From an uncultured virus (IMG/VR IMGVR_UViG_3300042987_003191) (taxonomy: Duplodnaviria > Heunggongvirae > Uroviricota > Caudoviricetes): DNA of 64,000 bases. The stretch's first letter is position 1. Every line of letters starts with the position of its first letter. Position numbers and translations under genes: made by a program. This document shows positions 53,651 through 61,292 of the stretch, piece by piece. The notes beneath the pieces are model-generated. The model had not been told where the DNA came from, ran no database searches, and saw only the letters and a program-made list of their open reading frames with translations. The stretch is taken from IMG/VR virus record IMGVR_UViG_3300042987_003191; one strand, 5' to 3'.

Positions 53651-55721
53651 CTTCAGCCTCCAGAATATCCTTGAAACGCTCAGGAGCTTCCTCCTTCCAT
53701 TGATTCAATGCAGCGTCAATGTCTTCTGGACTAATCAGCGATGCTTCGTCCACGTCAGAAAGGATGAGACCTTCCACTTTCATGGGCTCAAGCGCATCCA
53801 CTTTGCTGCTGACATTCTTTGCTGGCCCTTTACGTTCTGGATTGGGATCGGCTTTGCGCTTGCGAGCCACAATTGTTTGCCGTTCTTCTTTGCTCATGGC
53901 TTGAGCCTTGGCTTCGGGAAGGCACTTGGGTTTGCCTTCTTTCTCTTCACGAGCGCCACATGGACCAAGGATTTCGCCATTAGCGCCAATCCTCACCCAT
54001 TTCTCCTTAAACCACTTATCAAGATCATCGGCATGAAGCTCCTGCTCGTCGCTCTTGAAAGCTCCGCTCAGTGAGCCATGCTTCTTCTTGTACATTTGCT
54101 TGTACTGTTGCACGACGTAACCACTGGCATAAGCAGACGGCCACACTTTGAACTTAGCCTTGGCAGCGCTCACTGCTCGTGAATGCAATGCTTCGTCCGT
54201 GAATTTTACGTCGCCACGCACTTTCTCAAGATCGCCCGACAGATGAAGCGAAGCTGAGTCTACCACTTCCCTGCTTCCATCCATGGGAAGAGTGCCATTC
54301 TCCTCATTCATGGGATCGCGGCCGCCAGGAGGCACTGCAAGCTTGCCTTTTCCACCCCCATCTTGAGTGGAGCCACCCCCAGCTTGAGCAGGAAGTTCCC
54401 GCACTACGGACGGATCGAGCGTAAGCTCCATGCTCCACTCAGAACCGCCATAACGGGCATCCGCCACCTCCTTGGGACTCAGCACACCTAGCTGGATGTA
54501 ACGGCCGTCTACAGCCGCCACGCGCGCCCGTACGTCAGCCATTTCGCGCTCATTAAGCTCGAACAATGGATTAAAGGAGATGCGCCATGATTCGGGCAGC
54601 TCTCCTTTCGTCGGACCTTCTTTGCTGAGCATGATGTATTCAAGCAGCTTCTTCATCGGACGCTTGAAATTGACGCTTTGATAATCGGCAAGCATCTTGG
54701 CAAAGTCACGCTCTTCGCTGCGACCAGTGGAACCAAGACCACTCGGGCTTTCGCCAAACAAAACAGTGTGAGGAATCTTGCTGGCACCAATAATATCAAC
54801 GCGCAGTTTTTCTAAGATTTCTCCAATGCCACCAAAGTTGCGACTAATAAATTCAAGCTCTTCTTTCTCTGCATCAATCGCGTAGCCGCGATAAATGCTT
54901 TTACTCATATCATTCACTTGCAGGCGATCACGAATGGAACTTTCCTTGCCAGCAGCAAGCATCGCTGCCAGGCCCCTCACTTTGTGAACAAAAATATCAA
55001 ACTCGGTGAGAAGCGTTGCCGCTGAATTCAATCCCGTCCAGTAATGCCTGAAGCTGTCATAAACAGTCTGCAAGCTGCTCATGCCCCATCCATAGTTCCT
55101 TTGCCGAATGCGATAAGGAAGCCAATCCCCGTCAAAGCGAAGAATCCTATCCTTGTGAATGTAGGACAATTGTGGCTGGTTAATTAAATCTCCAGAGATG
55201 ATCTGATAATAAGTGGCTTTTGAATAGTCGTAGAGGTTTTCTTCGTTGATAACGGGAGCAATTTGCCATCTATCCAAACATTCAATGTCTTCGACGCGAC
55301 GTATATTACGTTTATCGACAGGCATGTAAGCGGGACGCCCATCGTCAATAAAAAGAAGTAGACAAGCACCCCCATAAAGGCGGGAGTTTTTGGCTGCGAG
55401 GTTGAGATGTTCAAGGATGTATAGGTCTTCAATTACTTGTTCAATGCCTTGTACTTCCTCGGCCCTAACGCCCTCTCCGCCAAACAGTACTTTGAAGCCT
55501 TTTCGTGTGGCTTGGTCAGCATAGATGTCAACAATACGACGAGGGAGCCATTCACCATAAAGATTTTCTAGTTCTTCTTGCGCAAGAAAAACAGTGGCCG
55601 TAGTTTTAGTATATTGCGCCTTGTCACGACCAGTGCCCATGCCAATGAGCACGTTCTGGAGGCCGTCAGCTCTCACTCCGCCGCTGCCAACGTGGCCAAG
55701 ATCAATTCCTTCGCTTTCCAT
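53634..55721 (-). CDS. portal protein (DUF1073 family) with C-terminal extra domains
   Basis: RRIVD..A..ATR.G, RLYGGA, IH..R, GWG.S.L, IP.T.LFG.SP.GL.STG, F.PL. Confidence 0.9.
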   Translation of the reverse strand: MESEGIDLGHVGSGGVRADGLQNVLIGMGTGRDKAQYTKTTATVFLAQEELENLYGEWLPRRIVDIYADQATRKGFKVLFGGEGVRAEEVQGIEQVIEDLYILEHLNLAAKNSRLYGGACLLLFIDDGRPAYMPVDKRNIRRVEDIECLDRWQIAPVINEENLYDYSKATYYQIISGDLINQPQLSYIHKDRILRFDGDWLPYRIRQRNYGWGMSSLQTVYDSFRHYWTGLNSAATLLTEFDIFVHKVRGLAAMLAAGKESSIRDRLQVNDMSKSIYRGYAIDAEKEELEFISRNFGGIGEILEKLRVDIIGASKIPHTVLFGESPSGLGSTGRSEERDFAKMLADYQSVNFKRPMKKLLEYIMLSKEGPTKGELPESWRISFNPLFELNEREMADVRARVAAVDGRYIQLGVLSPKEVADARYGGSEWSMELTLDPSVVRELPAQAGGGSTQDGGGKGKLAVPPGGRDPMNEENGTLPMDGSREVVDSASLHLSGDLEKVRGDVKFTDEALHSRAVSAAKAKFKVWPSAYASGYVVQQYKQMYKKKHGSLSGAFKSDEQELHADDLDKWFKEKWVRIGANGEILGPCGAREEKEGKPKCLPEAKAQAMSKEERQTIVARKRKADPNPERKGPAKNVSSKVDALEPMKVEGLILSDVDEASLISPEDIDAALNQWKEEAPERFKDILEAEDARPE

Positions 55722-55787
55722 AAGCTTTATTTATGGCCATAATGTGTTGCTTTTATTCTAGAACCCGGCTACATTGTCACGTAGCCT

Positions 55788-56294
55788 ATGCACACCATGG
55801 CCAGCTCTCCGCTTGTTTTTGGCTTTAGCGAGGAAGACAAGGAGCTTGTACGGAGGGAAGCCCTCCGCAGGCAGCGCGTAAACGAGCGAAAGGGCTTGAA
55901 AGGACGCAATGGAGGACCGGCAGATGGTGGCAAAGCACTGCTTTTTCACAAGCTTGGCGCTGCTGGTGAGCTAGCAGTGGCAGATTATCTCCATCTACGG
56001 GAGTTTCTCTATCAAGAAACAGAAGCAAAGCGAGGGTCTTTTGATCTTCCTCCCGATATTGACGTGAAGACGCGCTCTCGCCATGACTACGATCTCATTT
56101 GCCAACTAGACGAGAAGCCTGGAAAAACCTTAGTGCTGGTTACAATTCAAAACAAAATCACTCTTCTCCATGGTTGGATAAAGAGTGAAGACGCGATGAG
56201 GCAACAATGGAGAAAGGATCCAGCGGGAGGCCGTATGGCTTATTTTGTTCCTAAGGCTGAGCTATTATCCTTAAGCACCCTGAGAGCGTCATGA
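55788..56294 (+). CDS. hypothetical protein, PD-(D/E)XK-like
   Basis: G..GE.AVA..L ... D...IDVKT ... GW ... YFVP. Confidence 0.55.
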   Translation: MHTMASSPLVFGFSEEDKELVRREALRRQRVNERKGLKGRNGGPADGGKALLFHKLGAAGELAVADYLHLREFLYQETEAKRGSFDLPPDIDVKTRSRHDYDLICQLDEKPGKTLVLVTIQNKITLLHGWIKSEDAMRQQWRKDPAGGRMAYFVPKAELLSLSTLRAS

Positions 56295-56980
56295 CAAAAG
56301 ATCCTCGGCGCTTTTACGTTTACGCATTCTTAAGAGAAAAAGACTCGGCACGCGGCAAGCGCATGAGTCCTTATTACATTGGCAAAGGAGCACGAGATCG
56401 CGCCACTTCGAAATGTCGCACCATCCCAAGACCTAGCAATTCTTCGTTCATCGTTTTTGTGCAAGAAGGCTTAACTGAACAAGAGGCGTTTGATTTAGAA
56501 AAGTATTGCATTGCCCTCTATGGACGCATTGATAAAGGCACTGGTATTCTTCGCAATCTTGGTGATGGTGGCGATGGAGCATCTGGCGTAATTTACTCCC
56601 CTGAACGCAGGAAGCAAATATCAGAAGCAAATAAAGGGCGCGTTCACACAGAAGAGACAAAGCGCAAGATCGGAGAAAAGCAAAAAGGCGAAAAAAATCA
56701 CATGTGGAGAAAAGATGTATCCCAAGAAACCCGCGATAAGATTTCCCGAGCTAATAAAGGACTAAAGCGATCAGAAGAGGCTCGTCGCAATATCGCCCAA
56801 GGAAAGGTGAAGTACCTCTGCGAACTGGTTGATCCGCAAGGTAATGTACATAAAGTAGATAACTTGTGGGCCTTTGCTAATGAAAATAACTTGCACTACA
56901 CAATGCTAAGCTGGTTAGTTAAAGGCAAGAAGAAGCAGTATAAAAAGTGGATTTGCAAAAGTTGCATTGAGGTACGATGA
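56291..56980 (+). CDS. GIY-YIG-type homing endonuclease with NUMOD3 repeats
   Basis: FYVYA.LR....PYYIGKG...R...E...I..YGR...G.L.N..DGG.G; HTEETKRKI repeats. Confidence 0.88.
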   Translation: MTKDPRRFYVYAFLREKDSARGKRMSPYYIGKGARDRATSKCRTIPRPSNSSFIVFVQEGLTEQEAFDLEKYCIALYGRIDKGTGILRNLGDGGDGASGVIYSPERRKQISEANKGRVHTEETKRKIGEKQKGEKNHMWRKDVSQETRDKISRANKGLKRSEEARRNIAQGKVKYLCELVDPQGNVHKVDNLWAFANENNLHYTMLSWLVKGKKKQYKKWICKSCIEVR

Positions 56981-58350
56981 GTCAACTTAAATGTTCGGAT
57001 TTTGCGAAGCACGCGTTGGGCCTGGATCTCTATCCAATGCAGGCAAAAATACTGGATAAATTTTTTAGTCCTGGCATCTCCAATGCAATCTGGGCGCTCG
57101 GTAGACGTAGCGGCAAGACGCTCATGGCTGCGGTCGCCTGTGTTTATATGTGCTTTGTTCTTGAAGAAGACTACAGAAGAAAAGTGCGAAAAGGAGAAAA
57201 GTTTTATATCGTTGCAGTGGCCAACTCGCAAGATCAGGCTCGCATTGCGCTAAATAATATTCGCCAGCTCATTCTTGATAGCCCCTTTGCAAAAGAAATT
57301 GTCAGAGAAACAGCAGACATCATTGAAATCAGCAATGGATGCGTATTTAAAGCCGTCCCCACGTCTGGTCGCGCCGCCCGTGGCCTTGCTTGCGCGGGAG
57401 CCGTATTTGACGAGCTAGCCTTCGCTACTGAGGGCGACGCAAATAGCGGGGGCAGGGGTATTTATGACGCATTGTCACCTGCTATTGCCCAGTTTGGCGG
57501 GAAAGGTCGCATTCTCGAACTTTCATCGCCATGGTTAGGGCAAGGTCTTTTTTGGGAGCATTTCAAAGAGGCATCTTCAGGAAGATTTCCGTTTATGGCG
57601 GCAGAGAATCACCCTACATGGGTGATGAATCCAAATATTTCACAAGAATTCTTGGATACTGAAAGGCAGCGTGACCCAGACAAGTTCGCCGTTGAATATG
57701 GCGCTCAATTTGCCAACAATCTTTCAGCCCTTGTTGCAAGCGATGTTGTTGATGCCTGTATTGATGACCGCAGAGCGGCTCTACCACCCCGTCCTGAATT
57801 CCAAGGCGCCTATGTACTTGCCCTTGACCCCGCCCGTGGTGGCGTTGGCCGTGACGACTACACTGCTTGTATTGTTCACTATGAGAACGGCACGCTAGTC
57901 GTAGACAAATTCCACTCCTTCGTCGCTGATTTTGAAATCAATGGAAGAATGGAAGTGAATATTAATGCAGTGGAAGATTGGATTAAGGAACAGCATCGTC
58001 TGTACGTCTTCGACACCATCGTGATGGACCAGTTCAACAGTGCTGGCACCATTCAAAGCTTGGCGAGCGATTTGCCCATCACGGAACTCACCTGGACTGT
58101 CAGCTCCAAGATGAAAGCATTCAGCAAGATGCGGGAATTGTTTAATGCAGGGCAAATCAATGTATATCGTCACGAGAAAGCAATTATGCAGCTCAAGAAT
58201 CTCACTGTTATTTATAAACCCAGTGGACAATGGAGTGTAACTGGTGGCAAGGCTTCTGGAATTGACGACTTAGCGTTTGCAATGGCAGGCGCAATTCTTG
58301 CTGCTAGCAAAGATGATGACATTGGTTGGATCGAAAGCCTCATCTCCTAG
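56977..58350 (+). CDS. terL: terminase large subunit
   Basis: GRRSGKT Walker A, AVFDELAF Walker B, SSP coupling motif, ALDPA and DDLA nuclease aspartates. Confidence 0.92.
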   Translation: MSQLKCSDFAKHALGLDLYPMQAKILDKFFSPGISNAIWALGRRSGKTLMAAVACVYMCFVLEEDYRRKVRKGEKFYIVAVANSQDQARIALNNIRQLILDSPFAKEIVRETADIIEISNGCVFKAVPTSGRAARGLACAGAVFDELAFATEGDANSGGRGIYDALSPAIAQFGGKGRILELSSPWLGQGLFWEHFKEASSGRFPFMAAENHPTWVMNPNISQEFLDTERQRDPDKFAVEYGAQFANNLSALVASDVVDACIDDRRAALPPRPEFQGAYVLALDPARGGVGRDDYTACIVHYENGTLVVDKFHSFVADFEINGRMEVNINAVEDWIKEQHRLYVFDTIVMDQFNSAGTIQSLASDLPITELTWTVSSKMKAFSKMRELFNAGQINVYRHEKAIMQLKNLTVIYKPSGQWSVTGGKASGIDDLAFAMAGAILAASKDDDIGWIESLIS

Positions 58351-58384
58351 TATGATTTTCAAGCAATAGTCCTGCTATAACGCG

Positions 58385-58639
58385 ATGAACTGCAATTTAA
58401 CTATGCAAGAGACTCAGTTTCTCACTGCACTTCTTGGCAATGCTTCCATCAGCAAGCAAACATGCCTTCAACTCCTCGCAGCCGAACATCTATACATTCC
58501 CACGCTCTTTCCTAAGCTCCAGGCCCACGCCAAGGCCCTTAAGCAAGCTGAGGAGGAGGAAGAATATGAGAAGGCCACGCTTGACGACTACTGCCGTGAA
58601 TACCCTGGAGATCAATGCTGCAAAGAATACGACGTTTGA
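58385..58639 (+). CDS. protein with CP12-like C-terminal motif
   Basis: TLDDYCREYPGDQCCKEYDV resembles the CP12 C-x3-P-x4-C..YD tail; the AWD.VEEL core is absent. Confidence 0.55.
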   Translation: MNCNLTMQETQFLTALLGNASISKQTCLQLLAAEHLYIPTLFPKLQAHAKALKQAEEEEEYEKATLDDYCREYPGDQCCKEYDV

Positions 58640-58672
58640 AGCTTGGTGGGCGTTTCAAAACATGCTATGCTT

Positions 58673-58872
58673 CTGGAGCTTTCGCGAAGCACGCTGGCCA
58701 GCGTTAGTTCAAAAGGGGCAATGGTTTCAGGCGCCATTGTTTCAGAAAAGCGATGTTGCACATCGCGGCCCTGTGCAACAGGGCTCCCAGGGGAAGAGGG
58801 GAGCAGGCCCACCTGCTCTGAAATGCTGTACAAGGCGGATTGAAGCCCCGCCCAGCGCCCTCAACTTCCTCT
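58673..58872 (+). ncRNA. candidate structured ncRNA, family unassigned
   Basis: TGcTATGCT promoter at 58663-58671; at least seven hairpins in two closed domains; no credible ORF. Confidence 0.6.
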
Positions 58873-58897
58873 AGCCTCCCTTTTGTTACACTAATGG

Positions 58898-58950
58898 TAC
58901 GTTCACCCCGCAAGGGGCGCATGACTCGCTGGTACGGAACGGGACCAGCA
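58898..58950 (+). promoter_or_regulatory. glutamine-II riboswitch (Downstream-peptide RNA motif)
   Basis: CGTTCA-CCCC-gcaa-GGGG-CGCA...GGAACG with pseudoknot GCTGGT/ACCAGC; upstream TGtTACACT promoter. Confidence 0.85.
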
Positions 58951-58965
58951 TCATCGGGAACCATC

Positions 58966-59085
58966 ATGAACCCACTCGCCCTCATCAAGCAGCAGCTTGA
59001 GAAAGCAGCTCGTCTGCGCGAAGCACAGCATGCAAGCCTCGTTTATCGCGGCATTGCTTACGTGCCTAAGCCCCACTGGTTCTGA
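58966..59085 (+). CDS. DUF4278-like small protein (39 aa)
   Basis: LVYRGIAY motif directly downstream of the riboswitch. Confidence 0.8.
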   Translation: MNPLALIKQQLEKAARLREAQHASLVYRGIAYVPKPHWF

Positions 59086-59092
59086 GCTGATC

Positions 59093-59117
59093 AAAGGGAG
59101 CTTAAGCTCCCTTTTTT
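59093..59117. terminator. bidirectional terminator
   Basis: AAAGGGAGC-ttaa-GCTCCCTTTTTT. Confidence 0.7.
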
Positions 59118-59311
59118 AATGTCTGAACGCAACCAGATGGTTGCTTTTCCCAATGTCTAGCTGCATTGGCCACGATGGCAATATTGGTAATCAAATACGA
59201 TGCGAAAATCAACGTGCGAATGATCGCCACAGTATCAGCTTCATGGTCATGCTTGCTTGCCTTCTCCCCTAACGCCTTCGCCCACACTCTCCATACGTTC
59301 TTCCTGCTCAT
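59102..59311 (-). CDS. conserved small phage membrane protein
   Basis: WR.WAKALGEKA...D.EAD.VA.IRT.I...Y.ITN..IVA...RHW. Confidence 0.7.
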   Translation of the reverse strand: MSRKNVWRVWAKALGEKASKHDHEADTVAIIRTLIFASYLITNIAIVANAARHWEKQPSGCVQTLKKGA

Positions 59312-59489
59312 AAATCCAAGCCTTTAGCTCTCTGACATATTGCCTAATGATGGCAGCTTTTTCAAGATGCCACTGGTCCATGGTGAGAAAATACTGGGCA
59401 TTGTGCCAGTCAATAGCTCGTAACGATTGATAAATAATGGGATTGAGCGGTTCACGCAGGGGCGTGTTGAAGGTGCGGCGCTCGGTCAT
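59247..59489 (-). CDS. conserved cyanophage-type protein
   Basis: R.FNTP.REP.NPII...L.AID.HN......WH...A...R.YV..LK.WI. Confidence 0.7.
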   Translation of the reverse strand: MTERRTFNTPLREPLNPIIYQSLRAIDWHNAQYFLTMDQWHLEKAAIIRQYVRELKAWIYEQEERMESVGEGVRGEGKQA

Positions 59490-60009
59490 TGGAGGAGAAA
59501 TAAAGCATCGCCTCGTCCCAATGAATGGGCGCGAAGTTGTGTTGTTCTACACAACAATTAAGATAGCGCCTGTCCAAGCTTCCATCAGGAAGCCTTACGT
59601 TATGACTATGTAAATGCCCGTGAATATTTCCTTTAAATCTTTGTTCAAACAATTCTGGATGGAGGGGAATATGACTCAGCATAAATTCATGGTGATAAAA
59701 GCATCCACGGATGTCATCAAAATACTTCGCATAGTCTTGTAGCTTGAAAATATCGTGATTACCTCTTACTAATACTTTCCTGCCATTGAGCCTCTCTAGC
59801 ATCTTCAGTCCACGACGAGCAATTGCCACGTCACCCAATACGTAAATGCGATCCTTGGGCTTTACTCGCTTGTTCCATTGTTCCACCATGAAAGCATCGC
59901 CCTCTTCCGAATTCTGAAATGGACGCACTTTCTCTCCGTCTGGACGTAGAAAACTATACATTTTCTCGTGACAGAAGTGGTTGTCCGATGTGAGCCAGCA
60001 GTTGATCAC
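59452..60009 (-). CDS. calcineurin-like metallophosphoesterase
   Basis: SD.HF.H, LGD, GNHD, SH.P, HGH.H motifs. Confidence 0.9.
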   Translation of the reverse strand: MINCWLTSDNHFCHEKMYSFLRPDGEKVRPFQNSEEGDAFMVEQWNKRVKPKDRIYVLGDVAIARRGLKMLERLNGRKVLVRGNHDIFKLQDYAKYFDDIRGCFYHHEFMLSHIPLHPELFEQRFKGNIHGHLHSHNVRLPDGSLDRRYLNCCVEQHNFAPIHWDEAMLYFSSNDRAPHLQHAPA

Positions 60010-60383
60010 GTGTGCTCTCCAGTCCCGATAAATTTCATGGCTTCATATTGAGGAGCATGCGCTAGCAAGTACTCAAAATATTTTCCATCTAATGATTGAA
60101 GCTGCCAAGCCATTTCTCCAGCGTGCCACTGAATAACGCGCCATTGCATTGTTTTGAGCTTCATTCTTCCCCTCTCTTTTACCTCTGTCTCAAATTCCCA
60201 AATGTCGCCAACTTTTAGACAGTCAGGGCGATTACATATTTTTGTAGTCTTGTCCGTCTCTTGCTGTATCCAGCCCCATGCAGAAGCCTTGACGGCAACT
60301 TGATGAACAATATCTACAACGTCAGAGCCGCCACAGCCGTCCATCCACCTCAACACCAATTCACGACTTGGAGCAGGAATCAT
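60006..60383 (-). CDS. hypothetical protein
   Basis: 125-aa ORF in a coupled run. Confidence 0.55.
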   Translation of the reverse strand: MIPAPSRELVLRWMDGCGGSDVVDIVHQVAVKASAWGWIQQETDKTTKICNRPDCLKVGDIWEFETEVKERGRMKLKTMQWRVIQWHAGEMAWQLQSLDGKYFEYLLAHAPQYEAMKFIGTGEHT

Positions 60384-60586
60384 TAGTTGAATTCCTCCAC
60401 CACTTTTGTTTTTACCACGCCTTTTCTATCCGCCTCTTGCAACTCAAGACCACGCTTAAAAGCTTCCGCAAACGTACCAAATAATCCAGCGTATTCCCAC
60501 CAAAACCACACCCTTTTCTCTACAGCAAAAATGGGCTCACTTGGATCTGCAAAAGAAGGCTTTTCAACAATGCGATAGCGAGCCAT
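60383..60586 (-). CDS. hypothetical protein (MARYRIV paralog 1)
   Basis: 67 aa. Confidence 0.6.
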   Translation of the reverse strand: MARYRIVEKPSFADPSEPIFAVEKRVWFWWEYAGLFGTFAEAFKRGLELQEADRKGVVKTKVVEEFN

Positions 60587-60795
60587 TAGTCAATCTCCGC
60601 AACAACAAAACGATTCTTTGCTAACGCTGCCACATATTCTTGTGCGTCTTCAACGGAACCGAAATCATCGACGTAGCTCCAGTATTTTGCCGTTGATCCA
60701 TCGAGAAATTCCATCGACAGGCGTTCTTCTACGTCGTAAAGGCTTTGTTTAAGATCAAACCGCAATGGGCGGCTGACAATGCGATAGCGGGCCAT
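60586..60795 (-). CDS. hypothetical protein (MARYRIV paralog 2)
   Basis: Starts MARYRIV like its neighbour. Confidence 0.6.
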   Translation of the reverse strand: MARYRIVSRPLRFDLKQSLYDVEERLSMEFLDGSTAKYWSYVDDFGSVEDAQEYVAALAKNRFVVAEID

Positions 60796-60798
60796 GAA

Positions 60799-60868
60799 AA
60801 CCACTTCCGGGAATCGAACCACAGGATTCTAGGCTATGTGCCTAGCGTGTACCACACACTTAAGCGGC
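60799..60868 (-). ncRNA. tRNA-like element (degenerate cloverleaf, CAU at anticodon position)
   Basis: GCCGCTT/AAGTGGT acceptor stem, GTGT/ACAC D-stem, CTAGG/CCTAG stem with loop CACATAG, GGTTCGATTCC T-loop. Confidence 0.55.
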
Positions 60869-60869
60869 A

Positions 60870-61095
60870 GGAGCCCCCTGTTTGAGCATCATTGATAACT
60901 GGTGAGGATGCCTGCAAGCCTGTGCGCACAGTGTAAAGCCGTCCTCGTTATCAAGCTAAGCTTGGGGGCGAATCACGCAAACCAGGAAAGGCTACCCATA
61001 ACCAACGATGGACCTCAGAACTGGCTGCTCTCCACTGACAGAGCAATGGAGGGAAAGAACAGCACGCCCTTGACACGTGCCAAGCTTGCGCTGTC
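60870..61095 (-). ncRNA. candidate structured RNA between the tRNA and the tRNA-like element
   Basis: TGcTATAGT promoter just after the tRNA; several helices and a long imperfect hairpin (60873-60969); strand not certain. Confidence 0.4.
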
Positions 61096-61115
61096 TCGAA
61101 ACTATAGCATCAAAA

Positions 61116-61188
61116 TGGCGGAGACAGGACTTGAACCTGCGACCTCCAGGGTATGAACCTGGCGAGCTACCAACTGCTCTACTCCACT
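61116..61188 (-). tRNA. tRNA-Met(CAU), initiator-like
   Basis: Full cloverleaf; anticodon CAT; 1:72 mismatch and A11:U24 initiator hallmarks; no encoded CCA. Confidence 0.9.
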
Positions 61189-61292
61189 GTAATGGCTTAA
61201 GCGTGAAGCGATTAACAAGCGCTAATCGCTTCAGAGGCTTAAGCTCTGTCTGCCCGATGCTAACGCAGAGCGGGAACTTGTTCAATATAGCA

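Noticed and set aside
53634..55721. Anti-CBASS Acb1 label often attached to DUF1073 proteins
   Set aside because: Size, motifs and position indicate a portal; I saw no separate HxT phosphoesterase domain.
58612..58988. Several overlapping 66-146 aa ORFs on both strands
   Set aside because: No protein-like features; the region is explained by structured RNA and the riboswitch.
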